The translations under genes were made by a program, and so were the position numbers. A DNA stretch of 46,236 nt from Octopus bimaculoides (taxonomy: Eukaryota): the NCBI RefSeq assembly GCF_001194135.2, contig NC_068988.1, positions 64,244,325 to 64,290,560 on the forward strand. The letters are read 5' to 3'. Under the pieces are notes generated by a model. It was not told the DNA's origin. It was given only the letters and a program-made list of their open reading frames with translations, and made no database searches. Positions 25,492 through 35,225 of the stretch are shown in pieces; the first letter of the stretch is position 1, and each line of letters opens with the position of its first letter.

Positions 25492-25847
25492 TATGGGGGG
25501 GGTAGGCCGGTATATGGAGTTACCCTGGGTTTTTCGCTCATAAAGGGTTTAGTCTTACGGCGTATCTTCAGATCTCAAACACTGCTGGCCTGAGACCTCT
25601 TTAAAATATGGAGGGGGAGAAGCCTCGTTTTTAAGAGTAAAACCCGAGGAGATTATCTAGGGAAGATAATCACATTGGCAAATGGAGATAATCACCTAGA
25701 GTTTTACCTTTAAAAACGAGGCTTTTTGCCCTCTATATTTTAAAGACGGCTCAGGCCAGTAGTGTTTAAGGTCTGAAGCTACACTGTAAGGCTAAACCTC
25801 TTATGAGCGAGAAACCCTGGGTAACCCCATAAACGGCCTACTCCATA
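25492..25847. mobile_element. Palindromic MITE-like element with ~150-bp arms
   Basis: gtaggccggtatatggagttaccctgggttt...gagtaaaac pairs with gttttacc...aaaccctgggtaaccccataaacggcctac; loop 25644-25700. Confidence 0.85.
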
Positions 25848-26541
25848 TGTATATACATGTATGTATGTACATATATACATATATTTATATATGTATGTAT
25901 GTGCATATATATACATATATAAATACAATCATAAATATATATGTATTTATGATTGTATATACACACTTAAGCCATATATATTTGTAAATATATATGTGTG
26001 TGTGTGTTAGTTTGTATTGTATATGCGTATGTCTATATATATGTACAAAATATACATATGTGTTATGCGTATACAAGCGTAGCTATATATAACCATCATA
26101 TATATATATATATATANNNNNNNNNNNNNNNNNNNNNNNNNNNNNNNNNNNNNNNNNNNNNNNNNNNNNNNNNNNNNNNNNNNNNNNNNNNNNNNNNNNN
26201 NNNNNNNNNNNNNNNNNNNNNNNNNNNNNNNNNNNNNNNNNNNNNNNNNNNNNNNNNNNNNNNNNNNNNNNNNNNNNNNNNNNNNNNNNNNNNNNNNNNN
26301 NNNNNNNNNNNNNNNNNNNNNNNNNNNNNNNNNNNNNNNNNNNNNNNNNNNNNNNNNNNNNNNNNNNNNNNNNNNNNNNNNNNNNNNNNNNNNNNNNNNN
26401 NNNNNNNNNNNNNNNNNNNNNNNNNNNNNNNNNNNNNNNNNNNNNNNNNAAAATAACGTACATCTATCTCAACATCGCCATTAACCAACATCATACTCAC
26501 TATGACTACTACTAGTAGTAGTAATAATGGTAATAGTAGTA

Positions 26542-26545
<4 letters not shown>

Positions 26546-26594
<49 letters not shown>

Positions 26595-26609
26595 TCTCTC
26601 TTTCTCTCT
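26546..26609. repeat. (CT)n microsatellite
   Basis: Direct reading. Confidence 0.95.
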
Positions 26610-26995
26610 ATTGTGGGAATATGGAACATTGCATTCGCGGTCTTTCCAGCAGCTTAAAGTAAGCTTGTCATTAACGCGTCACTTCCGGTTTGAGGCCATG
26701 TCTTATCTCACCTCAGCTGTCTTCGCCTTCGGAATATCTCAACACAAAACTTTGAGTAAGAAGGCCTAGTTCCCTTTCACTAACATTCTCCCTGGCACGC
26801 ACACACACACACGCACACACACACACAGACACACACACACACACACACACATGTGGAAAAAAAACCGCTGCATTAAAACTTAATAAAAATGAAATGGGTG
26901 CTAACCTACTTAGTTTATATTTAAATGAATGCAAACGCAGATGTGGAAGGGGTCGAATATTATAGCCATCTTATTTCACTGCAACTATCAGTTTA

Positions 26996-27256
26996 CAGTT
27001 GTTCTCAGCTGGGGTCCACATGATCCATGAGGATCCAAATAAGCCTCAATTGTTAAAAATGATGTGCAATAAATCGGTTATATTTCCATAATGCACAAAA
27101 ATATTTTAACAATTTGTTTTTATACAATTTCTAATATTTACGTAATTATTAAAAAAAATAATGGGGGTTTTATTTAAAATCTTCAAATGGCTATGGGGGT
27201 CCAATAGTTCAAAATAGGAATAAAAACTGAACGAAACATCTGGAAAACCAAGGGAA
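26996..27256 (+). mobile_element. hAT-type MITE remnant
   Basis: Start cagttgttctcagctggggtccac resembles CAGTGGTTCTCAAC hAT termini; repeated ggggtcca subterminal motifs; right end eroded. Confidence 0.5.
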
Positions 27257-27466
27257 TAAACACATATCCGGAGAAACTACAGGACGGTAGCCAACGTATT
27301 TACTCAAACACAGCTGCAAGAATGAGGAGCGAAATATCAGCTGCCTCCTTGCTTTGCTTTTGCACCTTATGAAAAGGCTTTGGATAGCGTCGATCTAATT
27401 GTAAAGCTGAGGTATGTTACAGAAACAAAGCTTAAGAAATGAATTTAGTATATTCTACTTAATGGA

Positions 27467-27798
27467 GCGTGGAGGCGCAATGGCCCAGTGGTTAGGACAG
27501 CGGACTCACGGTCATAGGATCGCGATTTCGATTCCCAGACCGGTTGTTCTGAGTGTTTATTGAACGAAAACACCTAAAGCTTCACGAGGCTCCGGCAGAG
27601 GATGGTGGCGAACCCTGCTGTGCTCTTTCACCAAAACTTCCTCTCACTCTTACTTCCTGTTTCTGTTGTGCCTGTAATTCAAAGGGTCAGCCTTGTCACA
27701 CTGTGTCACGCTGAATATCCCCGAGAACTACGTTAAGGGTACACGTGTCTGTGGAGTGCTCCGCCACTTGCACGTTAATTTCACGAGCAGGCTGTTCT
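27467..27798 (+). mobile_element. SINE family C running into a gap
   Basis: gcgtggaggcgcaatggcccagtggttagg...cacgagcaggctgttc; inverted relative to 24974-25344. Confidence 0.9.
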
Positions 27799-29103
27799 NN
27801 NNNNNNNNNNNNNNNNNNNNNNNNNNNNNNNNNNNNNNNNNNNNNNNNNNNNNNNNNNNNNNNNNNNNNNNNNNNNNNNNNNNNNNNNNNNNNNNNNNNN
27901 NNNNNNNNNNNNNNNNNNNNNNNNNNNNNNNNNNNNNNNNNNNNNNNNNNNNNNNNNNNNNNNNNNNNNNNNNNNNNNNNNNNNNNNNNNNNNNNNNNNN
28001 NNNNNNNNNNNNNNNNNNNNNNNNNNNNNNNNNNNNNNNNNNNNNNNNNNNNNNNNNNNNNNNNNNNNNNNNNNNNNNNNNNNNNNNNNNNNNNNNNNNN
28101 NNNNNNNNNNNNNNNNNNNNNNNNNNNNNNNNNNNNNNNNNNNNNNNNNNNNNNNNNNNNNNNNNNNNNNNNNNNNNNNNNNNNNNNNNNNNNNNNNNNN
28201 NNNNNNNNNNNNNNNNNNNNNNNNNNNNNNNNNNNNNNNNNNNNNNNNNNNNNNNNNNNNNNNNNNNNNNNNNNNNNNNNNNNNNNNNNNNNNNNNNNNN
28301 NNNNNNNNNNNNNNNNNNNNNNNNNNNNNNNNNNNNNNNNNNNNNNNNNNNNNNNNNNNNNNNNNNNNNNNNNNNNNNNNNNNNNNNNNNNNNNNNNNNN
28401 NNNNNNNNNNNNNNNNNNNNNNNNNNNNNNNNNNNNNNNNNNNNNNNNNNNNNNNNNTATATATATATTCATATGTGCATATGTGTGCATGGGCGTGTAG
28501 GTACACGTGTGTGTGTCTATGTGTTTGTGAGAGAGATTCTGTGTGTTCGTTCGTGCGTTCTCTCTTGAGTGTATGATTATATTTGCCTGTATTTTCTACA
28601 CATGTTCTTTATTAGGGAGAGGATTTGACTGTAGCTATAATAGGTTTAGACTCACCTAAGATGGCTGTACTGGAATACCTGGTGCAAGATGAAAGCAACG
28701 AAAGAAACGGAGGTTAATATCGCTAGCTATAAGTTAGTTATAGCTTCTATACAACGAAAATAATAATAAAAAATATATATCTTCATATATGTAGATAAGG
28801 AGGGAGTGTTTCCAGAGGGAAAGCGTACTAAGGAAGAAGATATATAGCAAAATGTCAAGGTAAAAAAGAGCAGATGAAAGGATAGTAATAATCTTGTAAT
28901 GTGCAAGTAAGTGCACATAAGTTTGCAGACGATCTTTTGAACCTAACTGATATTCATCCATGAACTTGTAGTGAGTTGTAAGATGAAATTACGTAACCAC
29001 GACATTGATCATATCTGAGGAAAGGGGGCACCGTAGTTGGTTACCTTTTGATTATTAATATTATAGCTGTTGTTGTTGTAGTTGTTGACATCATTGCCTC
29101 TAC

Positions 29104-29140
<37 letters not shown>

Positions 29141-29251
29141 GAAGATTCTGTGATATTGACTATTGATGATGATGATGATGATGATGACTAAAACTTCCTA
29201 GGTAGAAAATGACTGTTTAAACTAATATATATCAATATCTGTGCTTATATA

Positions 29252-29264
<13 letters not shown>

Positions 29265-29344
<80 letters not shown>
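29265..29344. repeat. (GATA)n microsatellite
   Basis: Direct reading. Confidence 0.95.
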
Positions 29345-29345
<1 letters not shown>

Positions 29346-30233
29346 CACGCACACTCATAAATATTATCTTCTATATCAATACATATAAATATATTATCTT
29401 ACATATCAATTTATATAAATATATCATATTATATATCAAAATTTATATTATCTATCGATGTATATAGATATATTANNNNNNNNNNNNNNNNNNNNNNNNN
29501 NNNNNNNNNNNNNNNNNNNNNNNNNNNNNNNNNNNNNNNNNNNNNNNNNNNNNNNNNNNNNNNNNNNNNNNNNNNNNNNNNNNNNNNNNNNNNNNNNNNN
29601 NNNNNNNNNNNNNNNNNNNNNNNNNNNNNNNNNNNNNNNNNNNNNNNNNNNNNNNNNNNNNNNNNNNNNNNNNNNNNNNNNNNNNNNNNNNNNNNNNNNN
29701 NNNNNNNNNNNNNNNNNNNNNNNNNNNNNNNNNNNNNNNNNNNNNNNNNNNNNNNNNNNNNNNNNNNNNNNNNNNNNNNNNNNNNNNNNNNNNNNNNNNN
29801 NNNNNNNNNNNNNNNNNNNNNNNNNNNNNNNNNNNNNNNNNNNNNNNNNNNNNNNNNNNNNNNNNNNNNNNNNNNNNNNNNNNNNNNNNNNNNNNNNNNN
29901 NNNNNNNNNNNNNNNNNNNNNNNNNNNNNNNNNNNNNNNNNNNNNNNNNNNNNNNNNNNNNNNNNNNNNNNNNNNNNNNNNNNNNNNNNNNNNNNNNNNN
30001 NNNNNNNNNNNNNNNNNNNNNNNNNNNNNNNNNNNNNNNNNNNNNNNNNNNNNNNNNNNNNNNNNNNNNNNNNNNNNNNNNNNNNNNNNNNNNNNNNNNN
30101 NNNNNNNNNNNNNNNNNNNNNNNNNNNNNNNNNNNNNNNNNNNNNNNNNNNNNNNNNNNNNNNNNNNNNNNNNNNNNNNNNNNNNNNNNNNNNNNNNNNN
30201 NNNNNNNNNNNNNNNNNNNNNNNNNNNNNNNNN

Positions 30234-30307
<74 letters not shown>
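30234..30307. repeat. (GTA)n microsatellite
   Basis: Direct reading. Confidence 0.95.
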
Positions 30308-30317
30308 TTTGTTGCTT

Positions 30318-30535
30318 TTGGTGTGAGCCAGCAGAATCGTTCGCACACCGTGCAAAATGCTCAACGGCATTTCGTCCGTCTTTACGGTCTGAGTTCAATT
30401 TCCACCGAAGTCGACTTTGCTTTTCATCCATTCGTCGTCGATAAAATAAGTGCTAGTCAAGTACTGGCGTCGATGTGATCGACTGTCCCCCACCCCTCGA
30501 GAATCCAGGCCTCGTGCCTATAATACAAAGGATTA
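30318..30535 (+). mobile_element. SINE family A, tail type 2
   Basis: gtgagccagcagaatcgttcgcac...gagttcaatttcc...aggcctcgtgcctataatacaaagg then (ATT)n. Confidence 0.8.
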
Positions 30536-30551
30536 TTATTATTATTATTAT

Positions 30552-30663
30552 TCAATGGGAAAACGGGCACAGGGAGGCAAAATGAGTGGAGGAGGGAAAA
30601 TATTTCAATGGGAAAACGGTGACGGGCAGAGGGAGGGAAAATGAGTGGAGGAGAACTCCACTC
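30552..30663. repeat. Two-unit ~53-bp tandem repeat ending in a hairpin
   Basis: tcaatgggaaaacgg...aaaatgagtggaggag occurs twice; gagtggag-gagaa-ctccactc hairpin at 30643-30663. Confidence 0.75.
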
Positions 30664-30688
30664 CACTCAATAATATAATAATAGTAAC

Positions 30689-30855
30689 ATCGTTAGGAAT
30701 GAGAACCCAGGTTCGAAATTTCACCTGACGAAGGCTGGAGGGTATATCAGCCGAAACGTTGTGTTAACAACAAACAAAATGAGGACAAATATCCGTCAAA
30801 TGTAAATAATGTAAATAATGTAAATAATTCCTCATCTCTTAAATATAGAACTGTA
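30689..30855 (+). mobile_element. Short non-coding repeat carrying a hammerhead motif (retrozyme / PLE pLTR-like)
   Basis: Flanked by AAT/TTA runs; B-box-like ggttcgaaatt at 30710; HHR core; atgagga/tcctcat stem around (AATGTAAAT)3. Confidence 0.55.
30722..30763 (+). ncRNA. Minimal type I hammerhead ribozyme motif
   Basis: cac | CUGACGA | a | ggcug-10nt-cagcc | GAAA | CGU U | gug: complete catalytic core, 5-bp stem II, palindromic ACGU helix III, 3-bp stem I. Confidence 0.65.
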
Positions 30856-30870
30856 TTATTATTATTATTC

Positions 30871-31030
30871 GCCTGTCGCTATGTTCTGAGTTCAAATTCC
30901 GTTGAGGTCGACTCAGCTTTTTATCCTTTTGAGGTTGATGAAATAAGTCCCAGTTACGCAGTGGGGTCGATGTAATCGACTAGCCCCCTTCTCCAAAATG
31001 TCGGGCTTTGTGCCTGGAGTAGAAAGAATT
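30871..31030 (+). mobile_element. SINE family A, 5' truncated, tail type 2
   Basis: gttctgagttcaaattccgttgaggtcgac...gggctttgtgcctggagtagaaagaat. Confidence 0.85.
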
Positions 31031-31047
31031 GTTGTTGTTGTTGTTGT

Positions 31048-31620
31048 TTTACTTTTTAGATTGCTCGGTCTTGTTTGCTCTGGTTGATTTTGTAAGAGTG
31101 GACAACAGCCTGCCGTCAGAGGTCTCACATGGTCTCTTTCCACACATTATTAGCTTTGATACTTAGTTGATAATTATTGTGGGAAGCATCTAACATCCAA
31201 GTACCAATCTCAAAATCCTAGCTGTCTCCAGCAGAACAGTTTTTTTGGCTTTGCTCTGCTCTCATGTCAATTCCGATTTCTCTGGCATATTTCTCGAGCT
31301 TGTTTGTCAGTGCTCCGAGTGCCCCTACAGCTACTGGGACGAAAGACATTCTTATCATAGTCCACATTCTTGCAATTCCATCTTTTAGTAGTTTGTACTT
31401 TTCAATCTTTTCTAGTTCTTTGACACTTATGCGTGTTACCCCAGGTATTGCAGTATCTATTACCTTGATTTCCTTCTTTCCTTTATCTACCACAACAATA
31501 TATGGTCTCTGAGCATCGATAACAGTCACATTGGAGTGTAAAATTCCACCGGTGACTCCTTCCGGTTTACGTTCGTACCATTTCCGTGCTCTGTCCAGGC
31601 CGTACTTTTTACATAGGCTC
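31048..31620 (-). mobile_element. R4/Dong-type LINE 3' fragment with an RLE endonuclease domain
   Basis: LCKKYGLDRARKWYERKPEG...QRPYIVVVDKGKKEIKVIDTAIP...KELEKIEKYKLLK...VPVAVGALG...ARILRLVLGC*; matches the RPD...D...KxxKY RLE pattern (PD decayed to PY); (AAC)n tail. Confidence 0.85.
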
Positions 31621-31622
31621 TA

Positions 31623-31686
<64 letters not shown>
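31621..31686. repeat. (TTA)n microsatellite at the LINE 5' junction
   Basis: Direct reading. Confidence 0.95.
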
Positions 31687-31870
31687 GAGTGAGAGAGTAG
31701 CGCATGCCATCAAAGTGACACTGAGGTCAAATATACAAAGCCCAATATACCCTCATGACAAGCCGTCTGATAAGGGTACACCAGCCACATGCATCACAAC
31801 TACATTTGCAAGACATGGTGATCTTATATCAAGATAAACAGAGCATGACCTTGCAGGTGAGGCTCAGTTT
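31687..31870 (-). repeat. Probable 3' end of another retroelement with an (AAT)n tail
   Basis: Minus strand ends gcatgcgctactctctcactc(AAT)n; recalled as a common Octopus repeat, not confirmed. Confidence 0.4.
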
Positions 31871-31871
31871 A

Positions 31872-32281
31872 GTCCATTATCACTGAAGAATTGGGTATAA
31901 TACGTGTGTCTGCCAAGTTTGTGCCAAAACTACTTTCAACTGACCAACAAGACATTCGGGTTTCTCCTTGATTGTGTCGTAGACGAAGAAAACGTTTCGC
32001 TAACTTTACGTAGGCCTCTGAGTTAGTACCTCGCAAGCTTTTGGCAGAATTTGAAGCAGATTCTCTGCTCTGCTTTCTCCGTCATGGTCAATACGACGAT
32101 CACACGCTACACACCTTCCTTCCAAGCACTGCTGTAAACAGCAGAAGTGAGCTAGAGCGTTAAAACTTAGCGCGCATGCACAGCAGAGTTCAAAGTCAAT
32201 CTGTGCCAAGCGGCTTTACTTGGCGTACGTAAAATAGTGTTACTATGGCAACAGTCCGGATACTTATTGATCAGACCACAT
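31872..32281. mobile_element. Rearranged DD34D-type mariner fragments
   Basis: Plus strand IITEELGIIRVSAKFVPKLLSTDQQDIRV (~31877-31965); minus strand TIR tgtggtctgatcaataagtatccggac at 32281 and MTEKAEQRICFKFCQKL from ATG 32085. Confidence 0.8.
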
Positions 32282-32622
32282 ATATGCTAAACTGTAATTT
32301 TAGAAATGGTTAGAAATCGTTCAACACATTTCATTGTCTTCGCTTCTGTCTCCGTCCTACCATTATTGCTCTCTGCCATAATCGGCATCCTGTTGGTTAT
32401 TCCACTATCTTCATAGCCATATGTTCGGAATTCCTCTTCCTGCTGTCAGGCTGATAGACAACATGTGCCATGCAGGTGTTCCCTCCCTTGACACTCGCAC
32501 ACACACGCGCACTCACACAACGAATGGAAATGTAGAAAAATAGACATAGATAGAATGGATAGATAGGTGGATAGATACATAGATGTGTGTATGTATAAGT
32601 ACATCTGCATTATATGTATCTA

Positions 32623-32704
32623 CGGGGGAGTACCCAAAAGTAACCGGAAACGCTTTCTGTGTGACAAACCCGTTGTAGTTCAGGCTTCCTTGGGTACTCC
32701 CTTG
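32623..32704. mobile_element. 82-bp mariner-type micro-MITE
   Basis: TA-cgggggagtacccaa ... ttgggtactcccttg-TA. Confidence 0.75.
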
Positions 32705-32737
32705 TAAGTATGTATAATATATATCAGACTAAAACTA

Positions 32738-32827
<90 letters not shown>

Positions 32828-32835
32828 ATGTATTA

Positions 32836-33340
32836 GTTTCAGTCTGAGGACTGCAGCCATGCTGGTGCACCGCCGTTTACTTTGTTACACTTTCACTATA
32901 CCTCCGCTGGTGTGTGACATTTAGTTGGTGGATGAGGGAGTTTGAGGTTGCTGCCCTCATTTCTGTTTCTTGCATTGAGGTAGGTTCATCCGGAACTCTT
33001 GACAGAAGGAAATCCAGTTTTGTTTTGAAAACGCCAACATCCCTGTCATGCATGTCGCTTGGGTTTTGTGGGAAGATATTAAAGAACTGTGGACCCTTGA
33101 TGCCCAAGCTGTTGCAGTATCTAGTCCTGTGTCCTAATAGCAACGTTGGGATTTTTGGTACCATGCAGTGGTTCGGCTGTTTATGTAACTGGCAATGCCA
33201 AAGTTTGGCACAGGTTTTACTTGGATGAATATTACTGCAGATCGTTCCCGCCTTCCTTTTAGGGAATCGAATCTTAACTCTTCCAGTCTCTCCAATTTGC
33301 TGATATGTCGCATTGTATCGATCTTTGTGTAGCTTTGATG
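32836..33340 (-). mobile_element. CR1-clade LINE 3' fragment
   Basis: KIDTMRHISKLERLEELRFDSLKGRRER...VPNFGI...NSLGIKGPQFFNIFP...VFKTKLDFLLSRVPDEP...ATSNSLIHQ; typical post-RT CR1/L2-group C-terminus, then a short 3' UTR. Confidence 0.8.
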
Positions 33341-33344
33341 GGTC

Positions 33345-33923
33345 ACAATGTGTTTGGAGTGATCACTAGTGATATGGACGTTATGCCTCCATTCATCTTC
33401 CTGCACGGCCTCAGACTCAACACAAAGGCCTACATTAAGTGCTTGGAGGCGGTAGTGCTGCCCTGGACCAAGAGGGTCGCTGCTGGAAGACCCTATATCT
33501 AGCAACAGCACTCTGCATCATGCCACACCAGCAGGAGAACCCGGTCATAGCTGTCAGACAATTTCTGCGACCACATCACCCGTAGCATCTGGCCACCTAC
33601 CTCTCCAGACTGTAACCCCCTCAATTATTAAGTGTGGGGCGCAGTTGGGCGAGAGACCAACAAAACTCTTTGTAACACCATATATGAACTGAAGGCAAAA
33701 ATTATGTCAGCATTCACCAACTTAAACAAGGACACTTCCAGAAGAGTTGCAGGAGATTCCGAAGTCGTCCGAGGGCCGTGGTTGAAGCCAATGGCGATTT
33801 TATTGAATGAATTTACTTCAAGATATTTTTTAATGTAATTTTAATAAATATATCTGTTAAAATGTGATGTCAGTGTTATTTCCATTTCTGCGTAATTTAG
33901 ACGACAATTCATTCACCGCACCC
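33345..33923 (+). mobile_element. maT (DD37D) mariner, 3' half
   Basis: VFGVITSD-DVMPPFIFLHGLRLNTKAYIKCLEAVVLPW...; region encoding WPP-SPDCNPL-Y...WGAV; D-to-D spacing of 37 on reconstruction; TIR ...ttcattcaccgcaccct followed by (TA)n. Confidence 0.9.
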
Positions 33924-34849
33924 TATATATATATATATATAATCAAGAAACATGCGCTAATAGACAAGTATGTGTGTATTTGTGGATGTATGTGTGTATC
34001 CATGCATAATATATATGCATCGAGATGCATATATATACATACACTTTTATATATACATATACACTTTTACATTCACATACATTTGTCTGTGTCTATTTGT
34101 CTAAGTTTCTGTCTCGTGTTAAATTATACAGTTGAACTGCAGACCAGAAGACGGCTTAGAAGTTTATCACAGCACGGTGTAAATCTATCTAGTGAAGCAA
34201 TTGATATCTGCATATCATCATATCACTATATCTGCACATTTACATATTAGTAGTGACAAAACGAAATCTTTGGCGGTATTAGGAAATCTCAAACAAAAAA
34301 CAAAAAGAAAATAAACATGTGAAAGCCGCAGACATGAAATGGCTTGCTATGATTCACAACGATTTAACGGAATAAATCAAGAAATATAAATGGAATATTG
34401 AAATGTTGTGAAGTTCATTTCTGTCTTATCTCTCTCTATATTTCGTTTATTTTCAATGAAGTTAGTGAAATATATGCATAAATAATTAAGCATATCAAGT
34501 ACATGCACAGAAGCGTACATACATACATACACACATGTATATAAATGTATATATATATACACACACACACATATAAACACGTATGCGTGTATATATGTAT
34601 GTGTATATAGATATGCGTGTATGTGTTTATATATGCATGTATATATATATATGCATGCATGTATATATATATGCATGTATGTATATATATACATATATGC
34701 ATGTATGTATATATATGCATATATGCCGTTATGTGTATATATATATATATGTATATATGCAGGTATTTATATATATATATGCATATATGTGTATATATGT
34801 ATGCATATATGTGTATATATGTTTGCATATATGTGTGCCTGGACCCTAT

Positions 34850-35054
34850 GTTATTGGTGTCTTATCGAACCGCCAAGCTTTAAACAAACTAACACCGTTT
34901 CTCAAGTGATAGAATGAGGAGACAAGCACATGTACAGACACACAGACATAGAGTATTTAAAATTTGGTATTTCGGTAAAAGATCGATAGAATTAATACCA
35001 GACTTAAAACATCAGTAGTGAGGTCAATTTCTTCGACTGAACCCTTCAAAGTAC

Positions 35055-35085
<31 letters not shown>

Positions 35086-35225
35086 CATGACAGGCTTCCA
35101 CACAGTTCTGTCTACTATTTTCACTCAGAAGGCATTGGTTGGCCTGGGGGGCACGTGCCGATAGTGCCACACAATGGGATTGAACACGAAACCACGTGTT
35201 TACAAAGCGAGCTTCTTAAACACAC
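34850..35225. mobile_element. Mixed-orientation old SINE B fragments
   Basis: Minus-strand head at 35085-35225 (gaaaccacgtgtttacaaagcgagcttcttaaacacac); plus-strand 3' piece at ~34970-35050. Confidence 0.6.

Noticed and set aside
33335-33350. CR1 inserted into the maT element
   Set aside because: The maT 5' half is not found on the other side of the LINE; a deletion joining two truncated elements is simpler
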